From assembly GCA_020137815.1 (NCBI GenBank), contig CM035359.1:806001-869992 (forward strand): a stretch of DNA of 63,992 nucleotides, read 5' to 3'. Numbering within the stretch: the stretch's first letter is position 1; every line of letters begins with the position of its first letter. Both the position numbers and the translations under genes were made by a program. Shown piece by piece: positions 36,514 through 55,304 of this stretch. Under the pieces are notes generated by a model. It was not told where the DNA came from, made no database searches, and saw only the letters and a list, made by a program, of their open reading frames with translations. This DNA is from Hormiphora californensis. Its lineage: Eukaryota; Animalia; Ctenophora.

Positions 36514-38205
36514 ATTATAACAGGGTTGTAGCATATGTTGTAGCAGGGTTATATAATTCAGAAATATCCTCTTTAGACGGGCCCTGTTTAATTATTCACG
36601 TCCTTGTCATTCGATTTAACACATTTGATTTGACACGTGTTCTCTTATAGTGCTAATTCACTGTCTCCATCTGTTATTCCCTCTCTGAGTCTCCTCAGTT
36701 GTTTACTGGAAAACAAGTTGACACGGTGTTAACTAGGTTTCCAGTAGAGAGAAAGAGAGAGAGAGAGAAACGTGGGGTTGCGATTTTTGTTTTAGGTCGG
36801 AGAGTGAAACGGCCGGTACAGTGGTAAACTAGATTAAAAACTGTACGCCTCGTTAGACGGCGATTTTTCCTATCTTGTCTGGTTCCTGAGATATGGCCCC
36901 CTAAAGAGTTGGTGTCTCAAACTGCTGAATCGGGGTCACGCGAGGAAAATGGGCATCAGTTTGCGTGTACTGCTCCGTTTTTCACGGGACTTGAACGAGG
37001 GTGACGGCAAGAGTCTCACCTATTACATGGTATCCTTACATTGTGTATTAAATCTAAAATGACTGAGCAGCATGCTTGTTAATGAACCTTGACGTGTTTG
37101 CTTGTCTCGCAAGCGCGCTCGCGACTAGCAAACACGACATGCAGTTCACACCCTGATTACGGACAGCTTGCTGATGATACCATTGATGCATTTGTGCAGT
37201 GGTTCAAAGATGATTGTTTCTTATTTGACTACGATTGTGAGAGGTTGGCTTGTGAAATCAAGGAGTGGAAGAATAGAAACAACTTGTAAAACTTTTTAGT
37301 TGTTTTATTTGCTCACCGATTTAGTCACATCATCGTCCCCACCCACTATTCTGAAATATAAATCCACCCCTCTGACCTTTCTCGAAACGAGAGCTCGCTG
37401 TGCTCCCTAATCGGTCCAGAATGGTTAGGGTTGCTGTTTGGGATCGAGGGTATTGTTAGGGTTAGGTTTAGGGTCGGGATTAGGTTTTAGAACTAGCGTC
37501 CGGGGACTCTTTGTCTAATGCCTGAGTATGGGGGACTCTATGTCTACCAAGTCTAACACAGGGGGACTCTATGGGTATTTTTCGATTTTCTTCCCTATTT
37601 AATTCTTGCTCTGAACTCATTATTCAGAATACTAATTCATGTAATTAATCTCTCCTTAACCGAGTTCTGCCCGTGTGTGTGTGAGATTCCCCATTAAACT
37701 GTTGTACAGAGGGCGTGTGTGTGTGTTGATCACCAGAAGGAGATATCAAAATTACTTCCCTTTATGTATAAAGTCTAAAGTTAGACTTAGAGTCCGTTTT
37801 AGACTTAGAGTCCGCCTTTTTTAGACCTGGAGTCCGTTAGACTTAAAGTCCTCGACCCTTTTGTTTAAGTTAAATTTTGTACTTTGTTTATATCCCAATT
37901 TTTTAACCTTTGTTATAATATTCCGTGTTTTAGTATTCGACATGCTTTTTAGCAGACCAGAAAAACATGACTGCTGTCCACATAAGGGACCAGTTACAGA
38001 TTTGGTTCCTGGTGCGCGAATTTTTCCACACTGCTGACAATGAATCCTGCTCAACTCGCCATGCATTCATTCTAGCTGGAAATTTAGTCGCGCATTGTAA
38101 ATGATGACGCACAGCATGGTTCATCGGGAATCTCCCATCAGGAATCTCCCATCAGGAAACTGACGCCCGGTTCCAAATCTGTAACTGGAGCGTAACAGGG
38201 ATTGG

Positions 38206-38281
38206 CTGTCAGGACAATGCTCTGACCACAGTTCTCGCGCGCTCCGAGAAGCGAGAATGGGTCAGGCCAATGCTCTGACAG
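38206..38281. mobile_element. 76-bp micro-MITE (CTGTCAG family)
   Basis: GGGATTGG|CTGTCAG...CTGACAG|GGGATTGG, 8-bp TSD. Confidence 0.85.
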
Positions 38282-39530
38282 GGGATTGGAGTGGCCAAGG
38301 GTTTATGAGGCGCATTGAAATCATTCAGTAATAAGAAGCGTGAATAGTATTTTGTTGCTAAGTTGAAAATTTTTGAATACACAAAGTGTTGCACGTGTAT
38401 TGGGATGTTCTAGGGACTAATTTCCGTGTTTTGAAATTTTAAAATTTCAAAATTTTTTTTCGATTTTTTCCCGATTTTTCACCGAAAACAAGGGTCACAA
38501 AAGTGGCTTGCGATTCGAAGCGGCTCAACCGTTTGGGCTGAAACTTCGAATATCAGTAGAAAATTACCCACTGAATACCAGACATATTGTTCGAAAGCGA
38601 TATTTTGAGTATATAGCAAGGTATACAAAATATAGTGCTCCATTGACTTCATTAACCCTAAAATTCCCATTATTTACGCAAAAACGCGGGTTATGAAAGT
38701 CGCTTGCGACTCGAAACGGCTCAACCGTTTGGGCTGAAACTTCGGAAATGAGTAAAAAATTACCCACTGAATACCAGACATATTGTTCGCAAGTGATATT
38801 TTTCAACTTAGCAACCCCTAGTGAATACCGGCGGCCTTTTAGGTTGGTAAACACCAAGTTATTTGTTTACCAACCTAAGAGGCAGCCCGTATTCACTCTC
38901 CTTATTACTGATTTCTACATGTTATCGGGATTATATTAGATCAGTGATCCATAATGATTTTCGCTAGCTATTTTTACTCTCTCGTTACATTGCAATTCGT
39001 TTCACTTTTGCTTGTCTCGGACACCAATATGGGCTCTTCTCCTCAATAAAATGCTACTGACTCAAATACCAATATTCTATAGTAATATTCTAGCACATAT
39101 GATCTCTCCGCTACCAGTGAGCACTCTCCCCGGCATGGCCTAGTCCAATCATCTCACATACTAGAAAACCCGTTTATTTACAGCGCTCGTTATCTCAAAT
39201 ACCCACTCCCCCTGCCCAGCAGTACAGTACTGCCCTTTTGCTGTACCCATCTGCACGTGCAGTATAAACCAACCCGCCCCTAACAACCTCTTCAATTTGC
39301 ACGTGCACAAACGGTTGCTAGCGACATTTCCAAATTATAATAGAGATTATCTCGCGAAGCGAGAATAGGTTGCAATGGATCCAACCCGTTTGGACGGATC
39401 TGGATGAAATCAGACGGAAACCAAACCCGTCTCGAGCAAGTCTGGACGGCGCCAATAGAAATTCTGTCTGATTCCGTCTCAAGCCCGTCTGGGCCAAAAC
39501 CCGTTCTAAACGGGTAGCGGTAAAGTCAAA

Positions 39531-39768
39531 GGGTCACCACACACCAAAGTTAAAATTAAAATTAAAATTTTGATTTTAAACCCGCACACACCAGCGGCCG
39601 TTAAAATTTCTCTCCCCCATTCTAAAAGTAACAATCTCGCGCCCGATTTTGACGGCGTGTTAAAATTGTGTCATCCAACGCGACCGTCAAAATCGTGCGT
39701 GAGATCGTTACTTTTAGAATGGGGAGAGAAATTTTAATTTTAATTTTAACTTTGATGTGTGGTGACCC
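39531..39768. mobile_element. Harbinger-type palindromic MITE
   Basis: AAA|GGGTCACCACACA...TGTGTGGTGACCC|AAA with a palindromic body. Confidence 0.75.
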
Positions 39769-40283
39769 AAACACTTTTTACTTTTAGCACCAAAGGGCCC
39801 ATTCACCGGTAGCTGCAGATAGCTGTGAGAATACCGCACGTTTTTGATCATAACTCAGCCATTTCTTATGCAGTTAATTGGCCTGACCCTATTCTCGTTC
39901 CAACCGCCAACCAACAAAAGCAAAACACGAATTCTGTAAATTAATTATTGATCACAAGTAAAAACGTAAATCATTATTTAATTTGAAAGTGAAACGGCTA
40001 AATCTGACGGAGAATTGCTAATTCAGATGTGTGGCAGATCTCGTGGTAAAAAACAGTTTGTTATAAGTCCTGACGGAAAACGTCCTGACGGAAAACGCCG
40101 CGACCCCATCTGGATCTGAGCGCACTGTCAAATGGGGTCTGGCGCCGCCAGACAGAAAACGTCTATATTTAAATTCCCCAGTTTTCCACCAGACACATCT
40201 TCAACCCCAACCCATGATTTGAATAACTTTCATCGTGGTTAATTTGTATTATCCGGGCCTGTCACCATGGATACCAAACTGCA

Positions 40284-44652
<4,369 letters not shown>

Positions 44653-45351
44653 AATTACCGCAACTAAAATAACAACAGGGATATTTGTCAAAAGTTAAGA
44701 AACAAAGTAAAGATATTTAGGAACTGTGAGTGTAGAAACACCTTTAGTTGACTAAACTGACAACAGCTGCAGTATTATAGTAGTTCACTGGGAGAGGAGA
44801 AGAGGGGAAAGAGAAGAGGGAAAACGAGGAGGAGAAGAGGGGAAAGGAGAAGGGGAAGAGGGGAAGGGAAGTAGGGAGAATGAGAGGGATAATTATAGAT
44901 AGAAGAGGGGTAGTAGTCAAGAGAAAGGTGGAGAAAGAGAAGAAAAGACACCGAGAGAGAGACAGGAGAGAGATGTGTGTAGAACAGAGTGCAAGGCAGT
45001 AAAGAGGGGGATGAAATCTGGAAACACGCCAATAATGACATTTCGCATGCATAAAATCAAGTTGTGTGCAAAACGAGTATATTTCTCTGTACAACACTCA
45101 CACACAGTTGATGTATTCAAGAAATGTACAAGCTAAGTGTATACAAATGTACCTACACAAATATACATCAATGTACACAATTTTAATTTTTACGATGTGA
45201 TATAGATCAGACAAATTTCAGTTCAGAGAGAAAAATAGTGAGAGAGAATTCCGAGAAACATACAGAGAGCGGGAGGGAGAGAGAGAGAGATGACATAGTG
45301 TTGCAAATTGCCCCGGATGTTTTCATGTAATGGAGAAAGATGGACAGATTT

Positions 45352-45427
<76 letters not shown>

Positions 45428-46534
45428 GAGAGAGATAGAAAGATAGATACATATATAGAGAGAGCTAGTGAAAATGTAGACAAACACTCAGTCAGCAAAC
45501 AATGGTACAAGCTACAAAGCCACAATACTCTACACAGTACTGCAATTCAATACACTTTTCTCTCCCCTTAGTTGTTCTATATTTCTCTCCACTCTCCCTC
45601 TATTTGTTCTATGTTGCTCTCCATTTACACTCCGAATATGAATGTTTCATGAGGTCTAAGGAAATAGGAATAACGATATCTGTTTGTTATACAATCATTA
45701 TATTTCATTCAAAATATTGAGCAAAGTCCATGTAGCGAGAGTCGAGAGAGAAACACAAAAAAAGCTACCTGCACACACCCCTACAGCTGAACAGCTGTGT
45801 GGCCCACAAGATAGGCCATGTCTCATATTACATGTGTTGATCTGCTGCCACTCAGGTTACACAGATATCTGATAGTGTAATTTAGAGGCAGTTCTGCACA
45901 AACTCAATTTGTTGTGCAAGAATGAAAATACAGATCACAAAAAAAATAGATCACAATAAAATATAGATCACAATTTGAAATTTCAAGTTACAACTATACA
46001 TTCATTGGCAAAAGATGTGAAGCTGAGATTGTGATAAACGGGCAGAAGAAGAATAACAAATTAATAAGAAAGTAGGTATTGCATAGCTCCTCACTGCTGC
46101 TGCAACTGCTGCAGTGAGTCTATAACAACACTGCATGTGAGTGTAGTATTGTAAAAAGTAAAAACGGAAACGCAATTTAGAAAGTGTGTGAGTGGTGTAA
46201 AACTGTCTCCTAGAAAAGACACGGCTTCCACTCGTGCAGCTTGAATGTAGGTATAATGGTAGCAAAACATGAGGGAGCTAAAGAGAGGTGTGTAATAGCA
46301 TGGCAAGGAGGTGGAAGTTAAAGTTTATACCGGCCTTGGTGTCGTATTTTATATTTTAAGAAAGATATATAGGGAGACTCTCCCCGAGAGAGATAGCCGT
46401 GAATAAAATAGAAGTGCGGCCTTGGTTTCGTATTTTATATTTTAAGAAAGATAGATAGGGAGACTCTCCTTAAGTGAGATAGCCGTGAATAAAATAGAAG
46501 TGCGGCTATTCAGGAAACCTAACAATTGTATCAG

Positions 46535-46852
<318 letters not shown>

Positions 46853-49341
46853 TGATAGGGCTATGAAGTATGAAACGTGACTTGTTGAGTAAGGGCAGGG
46901 TATGGAGGAAACTATTTTCTACTGCTTCCTTCATGGGATTTTTTTCCGTGTCTTCATGGGATTACATTTGTCATTTATAAGATGCAGAATATTGCACAAG
47001 CTAGGACGGTACCTACTACCTACGGATGCAAAGTGAAATTTGAGAGGATAAATGGACTTTATTTATTATTGTGGCTCATTGTATGCTCTTATTTCTCTGA
47101 GCAAAGTCGGACCACGGTTTTTTTACCACCGGTTACCAATGGATACATCGACATTATTTATTATTTACGGCCGGTGGAAAATATTGGGAGATATTGGCCG
47201 GAGATAAAGATTAAAGAGCTCCCGAAAACAGGCTACATTTGTCTCAATTCTCATATAGGTAAGATAAGACCGTCCTCTCCGCACCGGGTGCGCGATGATA
47301 CAGTCAGTGCCTGACAAGGCTACAAAATATCCCTTTATCATGGACAACATATCGTGTTACACCTTGTTCTCACCCGGAAAGAGGGTCGAGACAAGTGACA
47401 CATCACGCTGATAACAAACCCCTGCTGCTGCAGAACTAGACATGAGGGAGGACGTGAAGGGGGGGGCACGAGGGAGGACGTGAAGGGGCCGGGCTCCTTG
47501 GGTGGAGTCGGAACATTAGCAGCAACCAAGTGTCCAAGAGATAATGTCATTATAGCTTATCATATCATATAGCTTATCTTTTGGAAACTTGGTCGGTATG
47601 TGGAAGAGAGCTGACCACATGTGTGTCGGTTTAAATTTCATTTTGTACAAGTTTCAAGGAAAATGAAAACAAGAAGCGGGTGAATATCCCGGGGAAATGT
47701 GTGTGAGTTTGTTCACTGTGTTGTAGGAAGTAGAACGATCAACGAGTGAGATGCCAATGCTCTGACCACTATTCTCGCGAATATGAATAGGTAGGGTCAG
47801 GCCAATGCTCTGACAGAGAGAGGAGTGAGTTGGGAATTATTGAGATACCTACCAAATTAAAGGTGTTATTAATATCAATGAGGCGATAATATAGAGTTGT
47901 TGATACGGAGCCAGGGATTTCCTGTTCCAGGAGATATAATGGGACAATATAAATAAAAGAGAACAAATACTTCATATCAACCAACAGTACTAGTCATGGT
48001 TGATCAACCAATTCATTACCATGTTACCAGGGTGATTGTCTGCAGTAGATTCAGAGCACATTTTGCTTGTTGGTACACGTTAAACGGCAAATTCTCTGAT
48101 GATTAGGACACACAGGACTACCATGGTTGCCTGTCATTGGCCTGACCCTATTCCCATTTCCTTCTGCACGCGAGGTCGCAGAGCATTGGCCTACTGCAGC
48201 AGATGGTTGCGGAGAACTTACGAAAAAATGAAAATTATCATCCACATCTGACGTCATAGGTTCTCCTATTACATATGGTGAAACTACCTTTTAGGTGTGT
48301 GTGTGTTTGATATTTTCCCATCTGCCACTGCAGTTGTTCAGTGACGTAATTTTGTTGATTTCCTGCCAAGTTTGAGTTTTGACAGTGTGCAGTTTGTTGT
48401 TGTGATTATTCGGTAGTGAGCTGGACCCCTGAAGAGTGAAGAATTGCCCCATAATTTGATTGAAAAGTTTAATTTTAAGCTTTTCACAGCTGGAGACCGT
48501 GGGAAACGGACCCGCCCAATAAATAGTGATAGGTGTTAAAAGCATTTTAGTTGAGTTTTAACCCTGGGTTTGTTTTAAATGCCGTTACGCCTATTGAATG
48601 CGTTAATGGAATGGAGAGAGGGAGAAATAGCAATAACGCATGGTTCCTTCCCATTCATTTTATTACATAGCACATACATGTTTTATATGTGAACCATTTG
48701 AAGCCACCAATCTCAAAAGATTAAAACTCCGTTTAGCCTCTACAGTGGGACACCCTGTGCTATCGCAATATAGGCGTATCATATGCACATTACACACTAA
48801 ATTTCCTACCCCGGTGATTCATTACGCACACGTAGGTGTAATTTTCCCACTGTAATATTTGAGGTTGTATAAAATCTAGAAAACTGCCTGTCGACATTTT
48901 GTTCAAACCCAAACAGGGTCTGTCTGGCGTCGCCAGACCCCAATTTGATTCTCAGTGCGCTCAGATGGGGCCGGCAGCGCCAGACAGAACCTAGGGTTTA
49001 GTTAGGCAACATAACATTATACCACAGTAAAAATAATTAGGTTTCCCACTTCTTCTCCTACTACAAATTTGTTTTCTTCTTATCTCTGTCATTTTCTTGA
49101 GTCACACGGCTACTTTTTCGACACACCTGCTTTTGGAACGTATTTACTAACAACTTTTTTGGGTTCAATTCTTATCTTTCAAGTCAAATCTTACGACTGT
49201 GAGGGAAATCATACGACTCTTACTGAAGTTATCAGGTGACAAACCAACTTTTGGGTTCAATTCTTTCAAGTCAAATCTTATGGCATATGTTTTTACGGGT
49301 TAGGTATTCTTGATCCAATTTCTCCTGCATGAAGCTGCATT

Positions 49342-49612
49342 GGGGGAAAACAGTAGTGCCTGAACTTCTGTATGGCGGCGCCATAGACCATTTGATTCTC
49401 GACAGTGCGCTCAGATGGGTCGCGGCGCCAGACAGCTGAACTTCAGGTCCAGGCCACTGCTATTTTCCACTGAGACCTAAGATCTCAGGTTTCAGTGACG
49501 ACCATATACCTACAGGGAATATAAATGGTCGTCACCAAAAACCGAGATCTCAGGTCTCAGTGGAGCATAGCCGTGGCCTGAACCTAAGGTTCAGGTACGA
49601 CTGTTTCCCCCG
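49342..49612. mobile_element. Palindromic MITE containing a nested 68-bp micro-MITE (49368-49435)
   Basis: Outer GGGGGAAAACAGT...ACTGTTTCCCCC; inner CTGAACTT|CTGT...ACAG|CTGAACTT with 8-bp TSD. Relatives at ~3097, 31984, 40095, 48920. Confidence 0.75.
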
Positions 49613-49668
49613 ATGATCTCCATACAAAAAGAAGACACATGTCTACTCGTAGTGACGTCACATTTATA

Positions 49669-49731
49669 CAGGGTGTCCCAACTCCCACTGTCTTTGAATC
49701 GCAGGTCACGCAAAGACAGTGGGACACCCTG
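49669..49731. mobile_element. 63-bp Tc1/mariner-type micro-MITE
   Basis: TA|CAGGGTGTCCCA...TGGGACACCCTG|TA. Confidence 0.75.
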
Positions 49732-49838
49732 TACAGGGTATCACTAGCTGAGCCGCCACTCCACGGAGTTTAGTGTTACTAGGTCGATAATAATAATGGG
49801 GAGGTGCACAGCTGCAGCAGCAACAAGAACAGGGATCT

Positions 49839-51425
49839 TAGGGGTCCGGATTTATGAAAAGCATGGTTCTGATTTCCTACCGTCTTATAGAGATTTTCAT
49901 GCTGAAAAAGAAGATACCATTCTTTTTTCTCTACGATATCGTTTAGTAGATTAAGTGGGCTCATAAATGAATGGGGTCTACTTATAATGCTGACAATTCC
50001 CCCAAGCGCGGTCTGTCGCTCTCCCCCCGGGTAAAGGGTCACGTGATATGGTCGCTGAGTGAGTGCGGCTTCTTAATTAGCTCTTGAGTACACAGTTACA
50101 CACGTTTGTAATTCAAGATGCTTCGCCCATCCTATACCGTATATCTCCCACATTTCAAGCGACATGTCAATGTGGGTTCAGATAGGGACCTGAATGTGAA
50201 TATGAACATGGTTCAACTGGTCCTATTTTAATTTTTGACACAATTTTGAAATACTTAGACGATTCAGATAGAGAGCTCCATAGGAGTTAAACTCAATATA
50301 AATTCAATATGAATCATTTATAAACTAAAACATCTCAGAACTCGGTTGTATTTTTAAACTAGAAGTAGAAATAAATGTTAGATGTATTGCTCACCTTGCC
50401 GAAAAATTTGGAGTCTGACATGAACGTCTCAGTAAGAAGTGACCAGACAAAGTTATCCTTCTTTTCCTGTATATATCTCATGACCTTTCTCGTCAGTTTT
50501 ACCAGTGAAGTCAAGGACCTGCACAAAATATGCAACTTGTAATAATATGCATTTTAATTATTATAAAGCATATCCATCAACAGAAACTGCAACAATTTCA
50601 AACTCAAAAATAAACTTACGAAACAACATTGGATTTAAGAACGGCATCATGTCCCATGTTTCGAAACACAGTGAGTACAACATCAGCGGTGAGTGCGATA
50701 GCCTGCTTAGTTATGTCTGATTTTGCGACACCAACAAGATCCTCGGCACAGACAGCTCTGAAATGGGCTAAAACTTCTCTCTTCGTAAGGTAGTTAGAAA
50801 GATTTGAAATCTTTTCACTACCGATCTCATTATTGAAAGCATCTCCGAACGACATGTGAACAAATTTACGGAATAGATAGAAAACTTGTGCATCATGTCC
50901 TATATAAATATAGCTTGGAATAGGGTGTGATTCAGACTGATTGGTTCGGAAGCTGGGGTATTTTGGAAGCTGGGGTATGGTTCCGGAACTCTGCATTTGA
51001 GCTCAGCCTCACACTGTCTGTATTATTTCAAAATTGTGTCAAAAACTGAAATAGGAACAGTTGAATTGTATTCATATTTAAATTCGGGTCCCTTTCTAAA
51101 CCCACATTGACATGTCGCTTGAAATGTGGGAGATATACGGTATAGGATGGGCGAACCACAGTGTGTAACTGTGTACTCAAGAGCTAATTAAGAAGCCGCA
51201 CTCACTCAGCGACCATATCACGTGACCCTTTACCCGGGGAGAGAGCGACAGACCGCGCTTGGGGGAATTGTCAGCATTATAAGTAGACCCCATTCATTTA
51301 TGAGCCCACTTAATCTACTAAACGATATCGTAGAGAAAAAAGAATGGTATCTTCTTTTTCAGCATGAAAATCTCTATACGACGGTAGGAAATCAGAACCA
51401 TGCTTTTCATAAATCCGGACCCCTA
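49839..51425 (-). mobile_element. Long-TIR DNA transposon derivative (hATm- or MULE-like) retaining spliced coding fragments
   Basis: ~410-bp TIRs starting TAGGGGTCCGGATTTATG, 9-bp TSD CAGGGATCT. Interior minus-strand ORF 50996-50620 splices in phase to 50518-50395 (LTKREVLAHF...KQAIALTADVVLTVF...SLTSLVKL). Confidence 0.82.
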
Positions 51426-51697
51426 CAGGGATCTGTGTGCTTTCACATGGGCCCCGCAACATTTGGTACCTCTCCGACGTATAATATATGACATAAATGC
51501 GGCCTCTCTCCACCATTTGGCAGCCATGATAAGTTCAGCTGATAAGTTATTGTTTGGCGATATAATATTGTTTTGTAGTTTTGTACACACCACTTCGCAG
51601 ATTCTAGTGTGTAGGTACCGTATAATATGAAGGGGTGAAACGTGCCCAGCGCTCAGTTACAATGAGAAACTAGTGGTCAATGATAGTCGTTCCACCG

Positions 51698-51778
51698 CTG
51701 TCAGGCCAATGCTCTGACCACAGTTCTCGCGCGCTCCGTTGAGAGAAACGAGAATGGGTCAGGCCAATGCTCTGACAG
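51698..51778. mobile_element. 81-bp micro-MITE (CTGTCAG family)
   Basis: TTCCACCG|CTGTCAG...CTGACAG|TTCCACCG. Confidence 0.85.
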
Positions 51779-52059
51779 TTCCACCGTATTAAATGATCTT
51801 TGTGGTGTTCCAGTATGTCCCAGCTGCCCAAAAACTTTGTCAATGTATAGTGTGACACTATCTCTCTGATCTGCCTATTATAGAGGCTGTCTCTCGTTCC
51901 AGCTCTTATCTTGGGGATGTCGCTGCTGTCTATCTCCCTGTTTATGAGCTGTACCTCTGCAAGTGCTTCACAATAGCACGTGCTAGCGGTATCACTTAAT
52001 ACTATAAGGGGGGGTGGGGTGGTATCTGGTTTTCTTTCATCGATAACACTGCAAGGTCG

Positions 52060-53811
52060 AGCCATGCTTTCTACAAAAATTGGTGCGATGTGCCCAAACA
52101 ATGTTTTCTTTCTGGCCGTTCACATTCTTTTTTAATCCCAAAGTTATTGTGAATTATGATGTTGTGTTGTTGTACAAATTAAAACATGAATCATGAATCA
52201 TGTTATGTCAAATTATGTTATGTCAAATTATATTCATCACCAATTAAATGCCTATTAGTTTTCCAGACTAACCACATTTGCATTTTCATTGCTTTTTTTT
52301 CTTTTGTATTCCTCGGAATTAGTTCGCAATTATACTATCCCTATGAGCTGCCTTTTTTTCCTGTAAAATTACCGTGGTAAAACCGCATCAGCTGTATTCC
52401 GCAGGCAAAGGCATGGTACGTGTACAATTTTATTATACTTGTCAGGCGCTCGTTGACCACTGTACAGAATGAAAGTTTTACATAGTGAAATAAAGCCATT
52501 CTGTTTTGTTAATAACACGTACAATTCTATTCGTTGAAACAGCATTATATGGCGGGTTTTATCACCACGCAATTCATTAGCTTCCACTACTGCCTTTGTA
52601 TAATATGCACATATGTATATATTAGTACGCTGCTTTGGCGAGGCGATGAGTATAAACAAAAGTAAGCATAATAAATATCTTTCATTTCTCCCGCTCGATA
52701 TATTTCCATGCCGTAGTATGAATCCCAAAATTTCCGGTTAAACTCACACGTCATCTTTTCACAATTTAGCTGATTATTAGTAAAATATACTCACTACTAT
52801 TCCACAGCTTCACAAAAGATTAAGTTCAAGAGCAGCACCTTGTCATGGTAGCTGGGTTATGAACCCCCCCCCCCCCCCCTGCTGATATTTCCCGCAGTCT
52901 ACTGTCACAGTAGAGGGAATTATCTGATATACTGTCACAGTAGAGGGAATTATCTGATATACCACAGTGGTATATCAGATAATTCCCTCTATATTATTAT
53001 AGTGGGTGGTGATTCATTACAGGCACGTGTTCCTCACAGTCACACAGCTTTGCGTGAACCCGGGAACCCCAGCTCTTACTTGAGAGTCGAGACTCATTAT
53101 GTTGTTCCTCACGGCAGCTCTTACTTGAGACTCTGTACGTTCACTGTTCCTCACTGCTCACAGCTTTGAACCCCGGCCTCTTACTAGAGACGACAGTAAT
53201 GAAATTGGAGTTACTATAGCTATGAAAACTTGGTTATTCTCATTAAAATATTCTACTTGTTCTTTTTCTTTGTAAAGTATGACCTGTGTCGCCTCTTGGT
53301 ATCGAAGACACCTTCCCGGCAAGGGAGGGTAACTTCGTTACCAATGTCGCCTCTGTTTATATTAGTTTGTGAAAACTGGAAATTGGATGATCTCTGAAGG
53401 CACATCGATTGTCTATCCTTTAGTTTTTTTGTGTTTGGGCATTTATGGCTCTCCATCTAACTATATCTAATGCAAATTTGGTCGGAAATGTGACACCCTA
53501 TCGTCAGTGTGACGACGTGATCCGTCAGTGTGACGACGTGATCCGTCATTATGACACTTGATCCGTCAGTGTGACGACGTGATCCGTCAGTGTGACGAAC
53601 GTGATACCGTCATGTGACGACGTGATTCGTGGTATCACGTATCACAAGTGCTAGAGAACTGCTTGCAAACTAGAGGGGTCACATCAACAAAACATAAAAG
53701 GGAGAGAAGAAGAGAGAGGAAAAAGATGGGATCACATAGCATATACATATAGCGAGAGAGAAAGAGAGAGGGAGAGACAGTGGGACAGAGAGGCCACAGA
53801 GAGACAGAGAC

Positions 53812-53842
<31 letters not shown>

Positions 53843-53879
53843 CAGAGAGATGGAGAGAGATAGAGAGAGACAGAGAGAT

Positions 53880-53910
<31 letters not shown>

Positions 53911-54710
53911 CAGAGAGATGGAGACATCGAGAAAAAATATGGAAACAGATCCCTCGATTTGCGATCGGTACGATCGCCCCAGTTTTGCTAGTTCTTTTAA
54001 TTGTATTTTGAGATCTATTTTAGCTGCGATGACTCGATTTCACATGTTTCATGGGAATTCTACAGTTGACAGGATAAACGTTTTGTTTCCTGTTAGAAAT
54101 CATGACAAGCTTGAATAAGAAATAATACATAATTCCTAAACAATATTAGCTGTCATTCGGCTATTTCAATACGGCTCTCCAATGCAATGAACTGTTCTTC
54201 AAACTAGGAAACTCTAGGAATCTGCAGTAGTTCCCTTTAAGGAAACTCTAGTTTAAGGAAAACATATATCCCTCTGGAAACTCTAGTTCCATTTAGTTTA
54301 AGGAAAACCTATATCCCTCTGGAAACTCTAGTTCCATTTAGTTTAAGGAAAACCTATATCCCTCTGGAAACTCTAGTTCCCTAGGAAAACCTATATCCCT
54401 CTGGAAACTCTAGTTCCATTTAGTTTAAGGAAAACCTATATCCCTCTGGAAACTCTAGTTCCCTCGGAAAACCTATATCCCTCTGGAAATTCTAGTTCCC
54501 TAGGAAAACCTATCCCTCTGGAAACTCTAGTTCCCTAGGAAAACCTATATCCCTCTGGAAACTCTAGTTCCCTCCTCGGGAAAAAGACACCATTGACGGA
54601 TCAGGGAGCTGTAACTTTACCCGGGTGTTACATTGACCATCATACTTCCACAAAATACTACTTTAACACATCGCCGCACTGTCGTTTTGAGCATGAGTCT
54701 TGCTCTCCCA
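52060..54710. repeat. Copy A of a diverged ~2.5-3 kb direct segmental repeat
   Basis: Collinear with 61130-63985 (e.g. GGTAAAACCGCATCAGCTG, the ESHKCPNTKK ORF, the GGAAACTCTAGTTCC minisatellite, CACTGTCGTTTTGAGCATGAGTCTTG). Confidence 0.85.
53456..53991 (+). mobile_element. Non-autonomous Helitron
   Basis: A|TC...CTAG|T, subterminal hairpin GCGATCGGTACGATCGC, no TSD; empty site CTCCA|TTTTTT in the paralog at 62294/62295. Confidence 0.88.
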
Positions 54711-55304
54711 CGTCATGTAGCTGACAGGTAAATGCTTTGGTAGGGTCGTAGGTAATTTTAGCTTGTAGGTAATTTTGAATAATTGGAGATCTTATTAATT
54801 TTAACTTGTATAGGTAATCTTGAATAATTGGAGATCTTGTTATGTATTATTTAACGCTCTTTAGCGGCAAACAGTTCGGTAGGCTATTCGATCTCTCATG
54901 CAGAGCAACTGGCCTGGGGAGTCCTAACATCTGTTTTTACCACATCGGCCATATTCGGTAAGATTTTCTAATTTTGGGGGAAACAGTCATGCCTGAATCT
55001 GACTCTGAGGTTCAGTCACGACTGTCTCCCCCTGATGAATACCTTCCAGCGCCTGTGCCACAACATCAACCTAGGCATGGGGGATTGGGACATAAACGGG
55101 ACCCAAAAATTGTGTTTTGTTCAAACCCTTTTTATTTTTCAAAAAAAGTTTGGAACGAAAACAGGGTCGAACAAGTCGATGACAGTTTACATAGTATTTC
55201 TATGTTTTACAATTATTGGTCTAAAGATACATGAAAATTAGAATTAATTCAGCTAACTTTGGTGTTGAATTTCCTCCATAGCATTTCATATAGCTAGAGG
55301 GACC

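Noticed and set aside
34474-36520. Long repetitive ORFs (VISVIS, CYLCYL, SPVFPYQTALT)
   Set aside because: Intronic minisatellites of the SMP gene.
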